A stretch of 64,000 nucleotides of DNA from Planctomycetota bacterium (GTDB taxonomy: Bacteria > Planctomycetota > UBA1135 > UBA2386). This document shows positions 1 through 8,443 of the stretch, piece after piece; the stretch's first letter is position 1; the number at the start of each line of letters is the position of its first letter. The position numbers and the translations under genes were made by a program. Where the stretch lies: assembly GCA_965228735.1 (NCBI GenBank), contig OZ245838.1, positions 5,440,001 through 5,504,000 of the forward strand. The letters run 5' to 3'. The notes beneath the pieces are model-generated. The model worked only from the letters and a program-made list of their open reading frames with translations. It ran no database searches and was not told where the DNA came from.

Positions 1-845
1 GGCCGGCGGAGAAGCTCGCCGACCTGATGGCCGACTCCGACTCGGCGACCGGTTCGACCGTCGCCCCGCGGCGCGACCTCGACGCCGACGCGATGGCGGC
101 CGCGCAGGCCGCGATCGCGGAGGGCGAACGCGCGCTCGCGGCTGCCCGCGCGCAACTCGGCGAGGAGAACGCGCAGAAGCGCTCGGGCAGCGGGCGTGAG
201 CTCGCCCTGCGAGTGCTGCTCGCGGTCAACGTCCTCGCGATGATCACCGTCATGGTGATGCCGTCGCCGCAGGTGGCCGATCCTGCAACGTCGACCGAAG
301 CCACGAACCGCGTCGAACCGACGACGCCCGTTCCCGCGACGCCGTCCGGCCCACGGCTCGCGGACAAGTACAATCAGGCGCTCGTCGCCTCGGAAGGCGG
401 CGACTACGTCGGCGCGATCGCGTTGCTCGAGGACTACCTCGCGGAGAGTCCGCGGATGACTCCGAGCCGGCGCATCAACGTCTATCGCGCGATCGCGCAC
501 TACGCGTCCACGGTCGGCAAGCTCGGCATGGCACAGGACTACGAGCGCAAGGCGCAGTCCCTGGCGCAGAGCCACTACCTCCCCGAGGACCTCGTGGCGA
601 CGGCCAAGGCGGCCGCCGAGAGCGGCGATCAGGAAGCGCTGCGCCAGGTCTGGGCGCGCTTCCTGCTGCAGCAGCGCCAGATCCCGAGCTCGCTCTACCA
701 GCACGTCGCGGAGGCCTATCTCCAGCTCGGCGACAGCTATCGACTCGACGCCAACGCGGCCGCGGAGGCTTCGCGCCTCGCCGAACTGCGCCGCACCGAC
801 GAACTGTTGCAGCGCCAGCGCGACGGCAAGGGCAAGGAACGATGA
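1..845 (+). CDS. Membrane-anchored TPR-like hypothetical protein, probably 5'-truncated by the window edge
   Basis: Frame is open upstream of ATG 27 to the window start. One hydrophobic helix (VLLAVNVLAMITVMVM), a Pro/Thr linker, then TPR-like helical repeats. Stop overlaps the next ATG (ATGA). Confidence 0.7.
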   Translation, partial: PAEKLADLMADSDSATGSTVAPRRDLDADAMAAAQAAIAEGERALAAARAQLGEENAQKRSGSGRELALRVLLAVNVLAMITVMVMPSPQVADPATSTEATNRVEPTTPVPATPSGPRLADKYNQALVASEGGDYVGAIALLEDYLAESPRMTPSRRINVYRAIAHYASTVGKLGMAQDYERKAQSLAQSHYLPEDLVATAKAAAESGDQEALRQVWARFLLQQRQIPSSLYQHVAEAYLQLGDSYRLDANAAAEASRLAELRRTDELLQRQRDGKGKER

Positions 846-2509
846 GGGGGGTGGTCGTTTTCTCGATCATGGCCCTCGTCGCGCCGGTCCTGCTGGCGCA
901 GAACGAGGCGCGAGACGAGCTGTTCCGCGTTCGCGAGGTCAAGGAGCCGACGGATCAGACCGCGCGGCAACTCGTGGAGGCCGACCGGCGGCAGATCAAC
1001 TGCCTCGACGCGCTGCGCGGGCTGGCCGCGGCGCTCAACTGGAACCTCGTCGTCGAGAGTCCACCGCTCGAGAACGAGCTGGCGGGGCGCTTCGTCGACC
1101 TCAACCTGGTGGATCAGGATCCGCGGATGGTGGCGCAGCTCATCGCGGTTGCCGGTTCCGCGGACATCATCTTCGATGACGCCGAGCCCGTCGCGGGCGC
1201 GCGGCCCGTGATGCACGTCGTTCGCGTGCCCGACCCGTCGACCGAGTCCGGTCGGCAGCGGTTGCGCGTGATGTCGGGGCAGTGGTATCGCTCGTTCTTG
1301 CGCGATGAACTGCGCCACGACCCGCTCGTCGCGCGCGAGGCGATCATGGTTCGGATGAACCTCGGGCAGCTGCTGCTCGACAGCGGCGACCTGGAGTCCG
1401 CGATCGGCTTCTTCACGCAGGTCTTCGACGCGCGGCCGCACGATCACGTCGCGGCGGCGGTGCTCAAGATCGCCGCGTGTCACCTCGACATCGGTAGCAG
1501 TCACGTCGACCGCTCGATGCAGCGCTCGCATTTCGAGAGCGCGGAGAAGTGGGCTCGCGAGCTGCTGCAGCGCATGCCCACGGCTCCCGAGATCCCCAGG
1601 GCGACGATCCTGCTCGGCCGCGCGCTGCTCGGTCAGGCCAAGGTCGAGACCGACAAGGAGCTCGCGCGGAAGCGAGCGGACCGGTGTCGCGCCGAGCTCA
1701 GCGCGCGCGTCATCCGCCTCGTCGATTCGGTGGACATGCTCGACGTCTGGCTGCTCGTCGGCGAGGCGCAGCTGCTGCTCGGGCAGGCGCAGCGCGTCTA
1801 CGAGACGATGCTCACGCTGCGCGAGTCGGCCTACTTCGACGAACTCTCGGATCGTCAGTATCGCGACTACCACTTCCTGCTCGGCTACGGCGCGCTCGGC
1901 ACGGAGCGTACGGAGCTGGCGATGAAGTCGCTCGAGTGGTTCCAGATTCACGCCGAGGACGACCCGCGGCGCGGTATCGCGCACGTTCTCCTGTCCGAGG
2001 CCTACCTCGATCTCGGTCGACTGCTCCAGGCCCGAGCGGCGAGCGTCGAGGCGCGGCGTCGATTCCTCGGCCGGTTGACGCCCGAGTGGCGGCAGCGCGC
2101 GCTCGAAGCATGGGCGCGCACGGCGCTCGCGCTCGGCGAAAAGGAGCGTGCGTTCCTCGAACTCGAACAGATGATCGTGCGCGGCGAAGAGCCCGAGCTG
2201 GCGCTGTTCCTGTCCGATCAGCTGCTGGCCGACAACCAGTGGGAACGCGCGATCGCGGTCATCCGGGGTCTGCTCGCATTCCCGAACGAGGTCGGCGACA
2301 AGGCGCGGTTCAAACAGGTCAAGGCGCTCTACCATCAGGCGCTCGCAAGTGAGCACCTCGCCGACTTCCCGCCGCAGGCCATCCGCATCGCGCCGCGAAT
2401 CAAGGACCCGGATCTCGCGAGCGAAGTCGCGTCGATGATCGGCGACGCCTACACGCGGCTGAACATGCTCGAGCATGCGGCCGACGCCTACCGGGGTATC
2501 CTGCGATGA
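842..2509 (+). CDS. Secreted TPR-repeat protein with a possible N-terminal STN/secretin-N0-like domain
   Basis: Signal peptide (MRGVVVFSIMALVAPVLLA-Q) and multiple TPR-like helices. ATGA-coupled on both sides. Confidence 0.7.
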   Translation: MRGVVVFSIMALVAPVLLAQNEARDELFRVREVKEPTDQTARQLVEADRRQINCLDALRGLAAALNWNLVVESPPLENELAGRFVDLNLVDQDPRMVAQLIAVAGSADIIFDDAEPVAGARPVMHVVRVPDPSTESGRQRLRVMSGQWYRSFLRDELRHDPLVAREAIMVRMNLGQLLLDSGDLESAIGFFTQVFDARPHDHVAAAVLKIAACHLDIGSSHVDRSMQRSHFESAEKWARELLQRMPTAPEIPRATILLGRALLGQAKVETDKELARKRADRCRAELSARVIRLVDSVDMLDVWLLVGEAQLLLGQAQRVYETMLTLRESAYFDELSDRQYRDYHFLLGYGALGTERTELAMKSLEWFQIHAEDDPRRGIAHVLLSEAYLDLGRLLQARAASVEARRRFLGRLTPEWRQRALEAWARTALALGEKERAFLELEQMIVRGEEPELALFLSDQLLADNQWERAIAVIRGLLAFPNEVGDKARFKQVKALYHQALASEHLADFPPQAIRIAPRIKDPDLASEVASMIGDAYTRLNMLEHAADAYRGILR

Positions 2510-3567
2510 CGGTCCGCACATCGAGTTCGATTCTGGTCGTGCTCGCGCTGACGATCCTCGCGCCGTCGGTTGCGGGGCAGGCCGTCGGAGATCCGCAGCA
2601 GGAACGGTCGCGAACCGAGCGCCGACTGCGCGAGAACCGCGATCGCGTCGACCGGCTCGTCGATCTGCGTTTCCGTCACGACGTCGGCCTGCCGGCCGAG
2701 GCCGATCCGGGGCGCCCGGTCGCAGCGCCGATGTCGACGGCGGACAAGGAACGCAAGCTCCGCGAGCTCACCGATCAGGACGGCTACAACGCGTCGCTCA
2801 TGAGTCGCTACAACGCGATGCGGAAAGAGCTGACCGCGTTGCAGGCCGAGGCGGCGGCGCGGGCGCAGGATGTCGCCAGCAACCAGTACGTCGTGGTGCC
2901 GTCGGTCGGGGACGGCCGCGCACGCCCGGCGATGCCGCGGCCGGCCGTCGAGATGGCCCCTCAGCGCAAAGCCGCGGGCGACGACGTCCCGAGCGTGGTT
3001 CCGCCGCTGCCGGCGGGCGCATCACCCGCGGTCAAGCTGACGCGCGTCAAGGCGCAGATCCGCGGCTCGGAGGATCACCTGAAGGTCGCGCAGGCACTGT
3101 TCCGGGCGGGCCAGGAGCTCATGGACGAAGCCCAGCGGTTTCGTGACGAGCACGACGCCGATACCGCCATCGAACTCGACGGCCGAGCCAAACAGCGCCT
3201 CGATCGCGCGATCGCGGAGCTGGAGCCGCTGCTCGCAGGAAAGGAGCCATCGTTCGCCGCGCTGTTCTGTCAGGGGCGCTGTCTCGAGTTGTTGTTCCGG
3301 TACTCGGAGCGCTACGAAGGACTGTCGCTCGGGGCGTCGACGCGGCAGTATCAGCAACGCGAGCAGGAAGTGCGCGATCCGTTCCTCGCGATCGCCGCGC
3401 GTGACGTCAGGAAGGAAGGCGCGGCCGGCGCGGTCGAGCGACTCGGATCGTGGGGGCAGGCTGCCAACGCCGCCGTCGAGCACTTCCGCTGGCTCAACCA
3501 GCACGGCGGCTACGTGCCCGTCGTGCCGATCGACAGCATCACCTGGTGGCGCGAGAAGCAGCAGTGA
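2506..3567 (+). CDS. Secreted hypothetical protein (coiled coil plus TPR-like helices)
   Basis: Signal peptide, GC3-rich codon usage, translational coupling to both neighbours. Confidence 0.7.
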   Translation: MTVRTSSSILVVLALTILAPSVAGQAVGDPQQERSRTERRLRENRDRVDRLVDLRFRHDVGLPAEADPGRPVAAPMSTADKERKLRELTDQDGYNASLMSRYNAMRKELTALQAEAAARAQDVASNQYVVVPSVGDGRARPAMPRPAVEMAPQRKAAGDDVPSVVPPLPAGASPAVKLTRVKAQIRGSEDHLKVAQALFRAGQELMDEAQRFRDEHDADTAIELDGRAKQRLDRAIAELEPLLAGKEPSFAALFCQGRCLELLFRYSERYEGLSLGASTRQYQQREQEVRDPFLAIAARDVRKEGAAGAVERLGSWGQAANAAVEHFRWLNQHGGYVPVVPIDSITWWREKQQ

Positions 3568-4610
3568 AGGTCGACGAACTGGAGCTGCAGCAGGGGTTCG
3601 AGCAGTTCGTCGCGGCTGCGCGGCAGCTCGAGATCGGCTACGGCGACCTCAAGGCGCGGGTTGCCGCGTTCGACGAAGAGCGCGAGTCGATCTTCGCGGC
3701 GTTGCCGATCGGACTCGTCAAGGTGCGCGGCGGCACCACGACGTCGTGCAACCGCGAGGGTGAGCGCCTGCGCCAGCTCGGGAGCGAATGGGGTGTGGAT
3801 CTCGGTGCCCGGCCGAGCGGTGAGTATCCCGTCGGCAACGGTCTCGTGCGTGTGCGCCGGGTCGAGTTGCCTGACGGCGAACTCGTCATGCTCGAGGATC
3901 GCTCGCGGGTCCGCGAGCTGGAGCGCGAGGTCGACCGACTCGATCGGCTGGCGGGCCTGTCGGAGCTCGCGCTCGGGATCGCCCACGAGATCAAGAACCC
4001 GCTCAATGGCGTGCTCGGCTTCGCCAACCTCATCGAACGCACCGACGACGCGAGAGCTCAGAAACGCTACGCGGCCAAGGTGTCGGAGGGCGTCAGGCAG
4101 GTGGATCGCATCGTCAAGTCGCTTCTCGGCTTCGCCCGGCCCGAGCGGACCCAGCCGCGCATGGCATCGATCGAGACGATCGTCGGTGAGGCGGCGGCGC
4201 ATGCGGGCGTGCAGCTCGACCATGTCGCTCTCGCCGGAGCGGTCGACGCCACCGCGAACGCGGATGCGCTCGTGCGCGTGCTCGCCAACCTGCTGCGCAA
4301 CGCCGCCGAGGCGAAAGCCGAGTCGCCGAACGGCGGGGGCGACCCCGACCACCTGCGGATCGAGATCGAAGTCGCCGTTCGTGGCCGTTCGATTGAGATC
4401 ACCGTGCGGGACAACGGGCCCGGGATCGCGACCGAGCTCGGGGCGCGCGTTCTCGAGCCGATGGTGTCGACGAAGGCCCGCGGCTCGGGGCTCGGCCTGT
4501 CATTGTCCTCGCGGGTGCTCGCATTCCTCGGCGGTGATCTGCGTCTGCTCAACCCGGGCGAGCCCGGCGCGCAGTTCCTCGTGCGGCTGCCGCTGCTGGA
4601 GGCCGCGTGA
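3564..4610 (+). CDS. Cytoplasmic sensor histidine kinase, FleS/FlrB-like
   Basis: GTG start overlapping the upstream TGA. H-box IAHEIKNPL, N-box NLLRNA, G-boxes DNGPGI and GSGLGL. No transmembrane helix; N-terminus resembles FleS. Confidence 0.85.
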   Translation: MKVDELELQQGFEQFVAAARQLEIGYGDLKARVAAFDEERESIFAALPIGLVKVRGGTTTSCNREGERLRQLGSEWGVDLGARPSGEYPVGNGLVRVRRVELPDGELVMLEDRSRVRELEREVDRLDRLAGLSELALGIAHEIKNPLNGVLGFANLIERTDDARAQKRYAAKVSEGVRQVDRIVKSLLGFARPERTQPRMASIETIVGEAAAHAGVQLDHVALAGAVDATANADALVRVLANLLRNAAEAKAESPNGGGDPDHLRIEIEVAVRGRSIEITVRDNGPGIATELGARVLEPMVSTKARGSGLGLSLSSRVLAFLGGDLRLLNPGEPGAQFLVRLPLLEAA

Positions 4611-6019
4611 CCAGACGTGAGTATGTGCTGCTCGCCGACGACGAACCGTTGTCGCGCGAGTTCCTCGAGGAGGCGCTGCTCGCGCTCGGTTGCGACGTGC
4701 ACGCGGTCGAGGACGGCGATGCCGCGATCGCGGCCCTCGGGCAGCGCGCCTACGACCTCGTCGTCACGGACCTCAAGATGCCCGGTCAGGACGGCATGGC
4801 CGTCCTCGCCGCGAGCAAGGCCAGTGATCCCGACCGGCCGGTGATCCTCGTCACGGCGCACGGCACGATGCATGTCGCGATCGACGCGATGCGGGCCGGT
4901 GCTGCCGACATCCTCGAGAAGCCGCTCGTCATCGACGACCTGCAGCTGACCCTGGAGCGGGTTACCGAACGTCGCCGACTCCTGCGCGAGAACCGCTTCC
5001 TGCGCGCCGAGAGCATCGGCGGTGACATGCTCGTCGCCTCGCCGGAGATGCAGGCCGTCGTCGAGCTGGTGCAGCGCGTCGCGCCGAGCGTGGCGACGGT
5101 GCTGATCCGAGGCGAGAGCGGCACGGGCAAGGAGTGCGTGGCGGCGCTCGTTCACAAGGCCAGCGATCGGGCGAATGGCCCGTTCGTCAAACTGAACTGC
5201 GCCGCGCTTCCGGAGAGCCTGCTCGAGAGCGAGCTGTTCGGCCACGAGGCCGGCGCGTTCACTGGCGCGAGCACGCGACGCGTCGGGCGCTTCGAGCTCG
5301 CGGACGGTGGCACGCTCTTCCTCGACGAGGTCGGTGAGATGTCGGCCGCGATGCAGGCCAAGCTCCTGCGCGTGCTGCAGGAGAGCGAGTTCGAGCGCGT
5401 CGGCGGCAACCAGACGGTGCACGTCGACGTGCGGGTCGTCGCGGCGACCAATCGGGACCTGCGGGCCGAGGTCGATGCCGGTCGATTCCGCGCCGATCTG
5501 CTGTACCGCCTCGACGTCGTGCCGGTGCAGCTGCCGGCGCTCCGCGAGCGGACGGCCGACATCGTGCCGCTCGCCCGCCACTTCCTCGGCGGCGAGGTCG
5601 AGCTCGAATCTGCGGCGGCGGCCGCCCTCGAGAGCTACGCCTGGCCCGGGAACGTGCGTGAACTGCAGAACGTGATGCAGCGCGTCGGCCTGCTCTGTGA
5701 GCACGGCCGCGTCACCGTCGACCTGCTGCGTGAATGGCTCGGTCCGCGCGCAGCCACCGCGGTGACGGAGGCGGCGGACGGCGCCGAGAAGACCGTCGTG
5801 CTCGAGGTCGGCGACCCGTTCCAGGCTCTCGTCGGCCGCCCGTTGCAGGAGATCGAGGACGAGCTCGTGCGTCGGACCCTCGCGCATTGCGGCGGCAACC
5901 GGAAACGCACGGCCGCGATGCTCGGGATCGGCGTGCGCACGCTGTTCAATCGGCTGAAGTCCGCGGACGACGAGCCGGCGACCGCGGAAACCGCGGCGGC
6001 CGCGCTACGATCGCGCTGA
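4607..6019 (+). CDS. Sigma-54-dependent response regulator (NtrC family, FleR/FlrC-like)
   Basis: Receiver domain (DD...DLKMP), Walker A GESGTGKE, intact [22 protein letters not shown] and a C-terminal Fis-type HTH. Confidence 0.93.
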   Translation: MTRREYVLLADDEPLSREFLEEALLALGCDVHAVEDGDAAIAALGQRAYDLVVTDLKMPGQDGMAVLAASKASDPDRPVILVTAHGTMHVAIDAMRAGAADILEKPLVIDDLQLTLERVTERRRLLRENRFLRAESIGGDMLVASPEMQAVVELVQRVAPSVATVLIRGESGTGKECVAALVHKASDRANGPFVKLNCAALPESLLESELFGHEAGAFTGASTRRVGRFELADGGTLFLDEVGEMSAAMQAKLLRVLQESEFERVGGNQTVHVDVRVVAATNRDLRAEVDAGRFRADLLYRLDVVPVQLPALRERTADIVPLARHFLGGEVELESAAAAALESYAWPGNVRELQNVMQRVGLLCEHGRVTVDLLREWLGPRAATAVTEAADGAEKTVVLEVGDPFQALVGRPLQEIEDELVRRTLAHCGGNRKRTAAMLGIGVRTLFNRLKSADDEPATAETAAAALRSR

Positions 6020-6031
6020 CAGCTCGCCTGC

Positions 6032-6988
6032 ATGACGGACCAACACGCGAAGGCGCCGACACCGATCGGCCCGCTGACCGGCAAACGCACGCCGCTGCGC
6101 CGGCTGTTCGCGCGCGCGTGCGCGACCGTGAACCGCGCCCTCGACCTGTTGCCGATGTCGCATTGGCTGCACAACCGGATCCGACGGTCGCTCGAGATGC
6201 CCGAGCTCGATCTGCCGATCGTGCGAGCGCCGCAGCTCGCGGGTCTCAAGATCGCGTTCGTGTCCGACGTTCATGCGGGCAGCTTCATGAACAGCCGCGA
6301 CCTGGTCGCGATCTGCCGCCGCGTCGCCGCGGCCGAACCGGACCTCGTGCTGTTCGGCGGCGACCTCATCAACACGCGTGAGCGCGAACTGTTGCTCTTT
6401 CGCGATGCGCTCGCCGAGTTGTCGCCGCGCTACGGGATGTTCGCCGTGCCCGGCAACCACGATCACTTCTGGGGCCCCGACATCGGGTTGTGGACCTCGT
6501 TCCTCCAGGACAATCGCGTCACGGTGCTGCTGAATCGCGGGCAGCGGATCGAGCATGACGGCGCGACGCTGTGGCTCGCGGGTGTCGACGATCTGACGGA
6601 GGGCCGGCCGGACATCGCGATGGCCCTCGCCGGCCGCCGGGACGGCGAACCGACGGTGCTGCTGAGCCATCATCCCGACTTCTTCTTCGAAGCGGCCGCC
6701 GCGGACGTGGACCTGACGCTGTCGGGTCACACGCACGGCGGGCAGATCCGCGTCGCCGGGCGCGCGCCGATCCATCACAGCAAGTTCGGCTACGAACGCG
6801 GCTGGTTCGTGGAGAACGACTGTCGGCTCTACGTCGGGCGCGGCGTGGGGGTCACCGTGCTGCCGCTGCGGGTCGATGCGCCGCCGGAGATCCCGATCGT
6901 GACGGTGCGCGCGACCGCCGAGCCGCATACCGCGAACGATGGGAGCGGCGGGTCGAACTCGAATGCCGCGCCGGGGCAGCTATGCTGA
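6032..6988 (+). CDS. Metallophosphoesterase (calcineurin-like, YkuE type)
   Basis: Motifs SDVH, GGD, GNHD, LSHHPD, SGHTHGGQ. Confidence 0.9.
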   Translation: MTDQHAKAPTPIGPLTGKRTPLRRLFARACATVNRALDLLPMSHWLHNRIRRSLEMPELDLPIVRAPQLAGLKIAFVSDVHAGSFMNSRDLVAICRRVAAAEPDLVLFGGDLINTRERELLLFRDALAELSPRYGMFAVPGNHDHFWGPDIGLWTSFLQDNRVTVLLNRGQRIEHDGATLWLAGVDDLTEGRPDIAMALAGRRDGEPTVLLSHHPDFFFEAAAADVDLTLSGHTHGGQIRVAGRAPIHHSKFGYERGWFVENDCRLYVGRGVGVTVLPLRVDAPPEIPIVTVRATAEPHTANDGSGGSNSNAAPGQLC

Positions 6989-6994
6989 CCTGCA

Positions 6995-7783
6995 GTGCAG
7001 ACCAAGCTCCAGCGCGTTACAGAGCGGCGTGATCTCGGCGGCGGCTCGTGGGCGATCGCCGTCGACGGCCCGATCCCGGAGACCGGCCCGGGCCAGTTCT
7101 ACATGCTGCGCACGCCGACCCGGTGGCCGGTGCTGCTGCCGCGACCGTTCTCGCTCTACGACCGGGCACCCGACGGCAGCTGGGGCAGCTTCCTGCTGAA
7201 GGGCGTCGGCCCGGGCACCAACGCGTTGCTCGATGTCGCGATCGGCGAAGAGATCGTCGTGACCGGCCCGCTCGGGCGACCGTTCCCCGCGGACGTCGAC
7301 GATCCGGTCTGCGTCGCCGGTGGCGTCGGCCTCGCGCCGTTCCTCCTGCTCGCGCGCGAACGTCACGCGGCCGGCAAACCCGTGCGGCTGCTGTTCGGCG
7401 GCCGCGACCGCGCGGCGCTCGCGGGTCTGCCGGACTTCGAGTCGATCGCGCGGGTGTCGACGTCGACCGACGACGGCAGTCACGGTCATCACGGGCTCGT
7501 CACCGAGCTGCTCGATGCGATGATCGCGCGCGGCGAGGTGAAGACGGGCGAGACCGTGTTCTGCTGCGGCCCCGATCCGATGATGCACGCGGTCGCCCGG
7601 CTCTGCCGCGAGCGCGAGCTGCGCTGCTTCCTCAGCCTCGAGACCTACATGGCGTGCGGCTACGGCGTGTGCAACGGCTGCACCGTCGAGGTCCAGGGCG
7701 ACCGCTTCCACGGCTGGCCCTACAGCAAGACGTGCCTCGAGGGTCCGGTCTACGAGGCGTGCGAGCTGACCGAGTTGGCCTGA
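6995..7783 (+). CDS. pyrK: Dihydroorotate dehydrogenase B electron-transfer subunit
   Basis: RPFS FAD motif, GPLG, AGGVGLAP, CGPxPM, and 2Fe-2S motif MACGYGVCNGC...C.EGPV. Confidence 0.85.
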   Translation: MQTKLQRVTERRDLGGGSWAIAVDGPIPETGPGQFYMLRTPTRWPVLLPRPFSLYDRAPDGSWGSFLLKGVGPGTNALLDVAIGEEIVVTGPLGRPFPADVDDPVCVAGGVGLAPFLLLARERHAAGKPVRLLFGGRDRAALAGLPDFESIARVSTSTDDGSHGHHGLVTELLDAMIARGEVKTGETVFCCGPDPMMHAVARLCRERELRCFLSLETYMACGYGVCNGCTVEVQGDRFHGWPYSKTCLEGPVYEACELTELA

Positions 7784-7790
7784 TCGGCCC

Positions 7791-8174
7791 TCAGCCCGGA
7801 ATCGCGTGCCGCTTGAGCGTCGCGAGGTCGACGAAGTCGAGCGTGCGTTCGTGGGTCGCTTCGAGCACGACGCGCGGCGCCTTGCCAGCTTCCATCGCTT
7901 CGACCCAGCGGCTGGCGCAGAGACACCACCGGTCGCCCGCCGCGAGGCCGGGGAAGCCGAATTCGGGTCGCGCCGTGCTGAGGTCGTTGCCCGCGTCCTT
8001 GCTGAACGCGAGGAACTCGGGCGTGACCTCGGCGCAGACGGTGTGGGCGCCGAAGTCCTCGTCCGCCGTGTTGCAGCAGCCATCGCGATAGAAGCCGGTC
8101 AGCGGTTCGGAGCTGCACGGCTTGAGCGGCGTTCCGAGGACGTTCTTGGCGATCTGCTGCTGCGCTTCCGGCAT
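7791..8174 (-). CDS. DUF2237 family protein
   Basis: NVLG.PL..CS..P.TGFYRDGCC, H.VCA and GDRWCLCA.RW signature. Confidence 0.9.
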   Translation of the reverse strand: MPEAQQQIAKNVLGTPLKPCSSEPLTGFYRDGCCNTADEDFGAHTVCAEVTPEFLAFSKDAGNDLSTARPEFGFPGLAAGDRWCLCASRWVEAMEAGKAPRVVLEATHERTLDFVDLATLKRHAIPG

Positions 8175-8213
8175 GGCTGTGTGGACCATAGACCGTCGCC
8201 GGGCGGACCTCTA

Positions 8214-8422
8214 GCCCGCTTCGCTCACCAGGATCCCGCGCCACCACGCCGCAATCGCCCGTGAGCTGCGTCAGACGGCCGGCGTTCGCCGGCCGCCCGC
8301 GAGGCGGGCTCGGTCAGTCTGCTCGGCGGGTTCACCGACCCGCTTCCGCGGACTTTCCTCGTCTTCCTTGCTCACGACCGATTTCGACGCACTGGCCCGC
8401 GATCCTGGTGAGCGAAGCGGGC
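8214..8422. mobile_element. MITE/REPIN-like element (209 bp) bounded by terminal inverted repeats
   Basis: GCCCGCTTCGCTCACCAGGATC (8214-8235) is the exact reverse complement of 8401-8422, extending to 30 bp with 2 mismatches. Intergenic, with no credible ORF inside. Confidence 0.55.
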
Positions 8423-8443
8423 AGCCCGCTGTCCATGGGGTCG

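Noticed and set aside
6983..6997. TGC-TGA at the metallophosphoesterase end, in frame with pyrK, as a third Sec readthrough
   Set aside because: The stop follows a low-complexity tail and separates two complete unrelated enzymes. The TATGCT there is better explained as a -10 box for leaderless pyrK.
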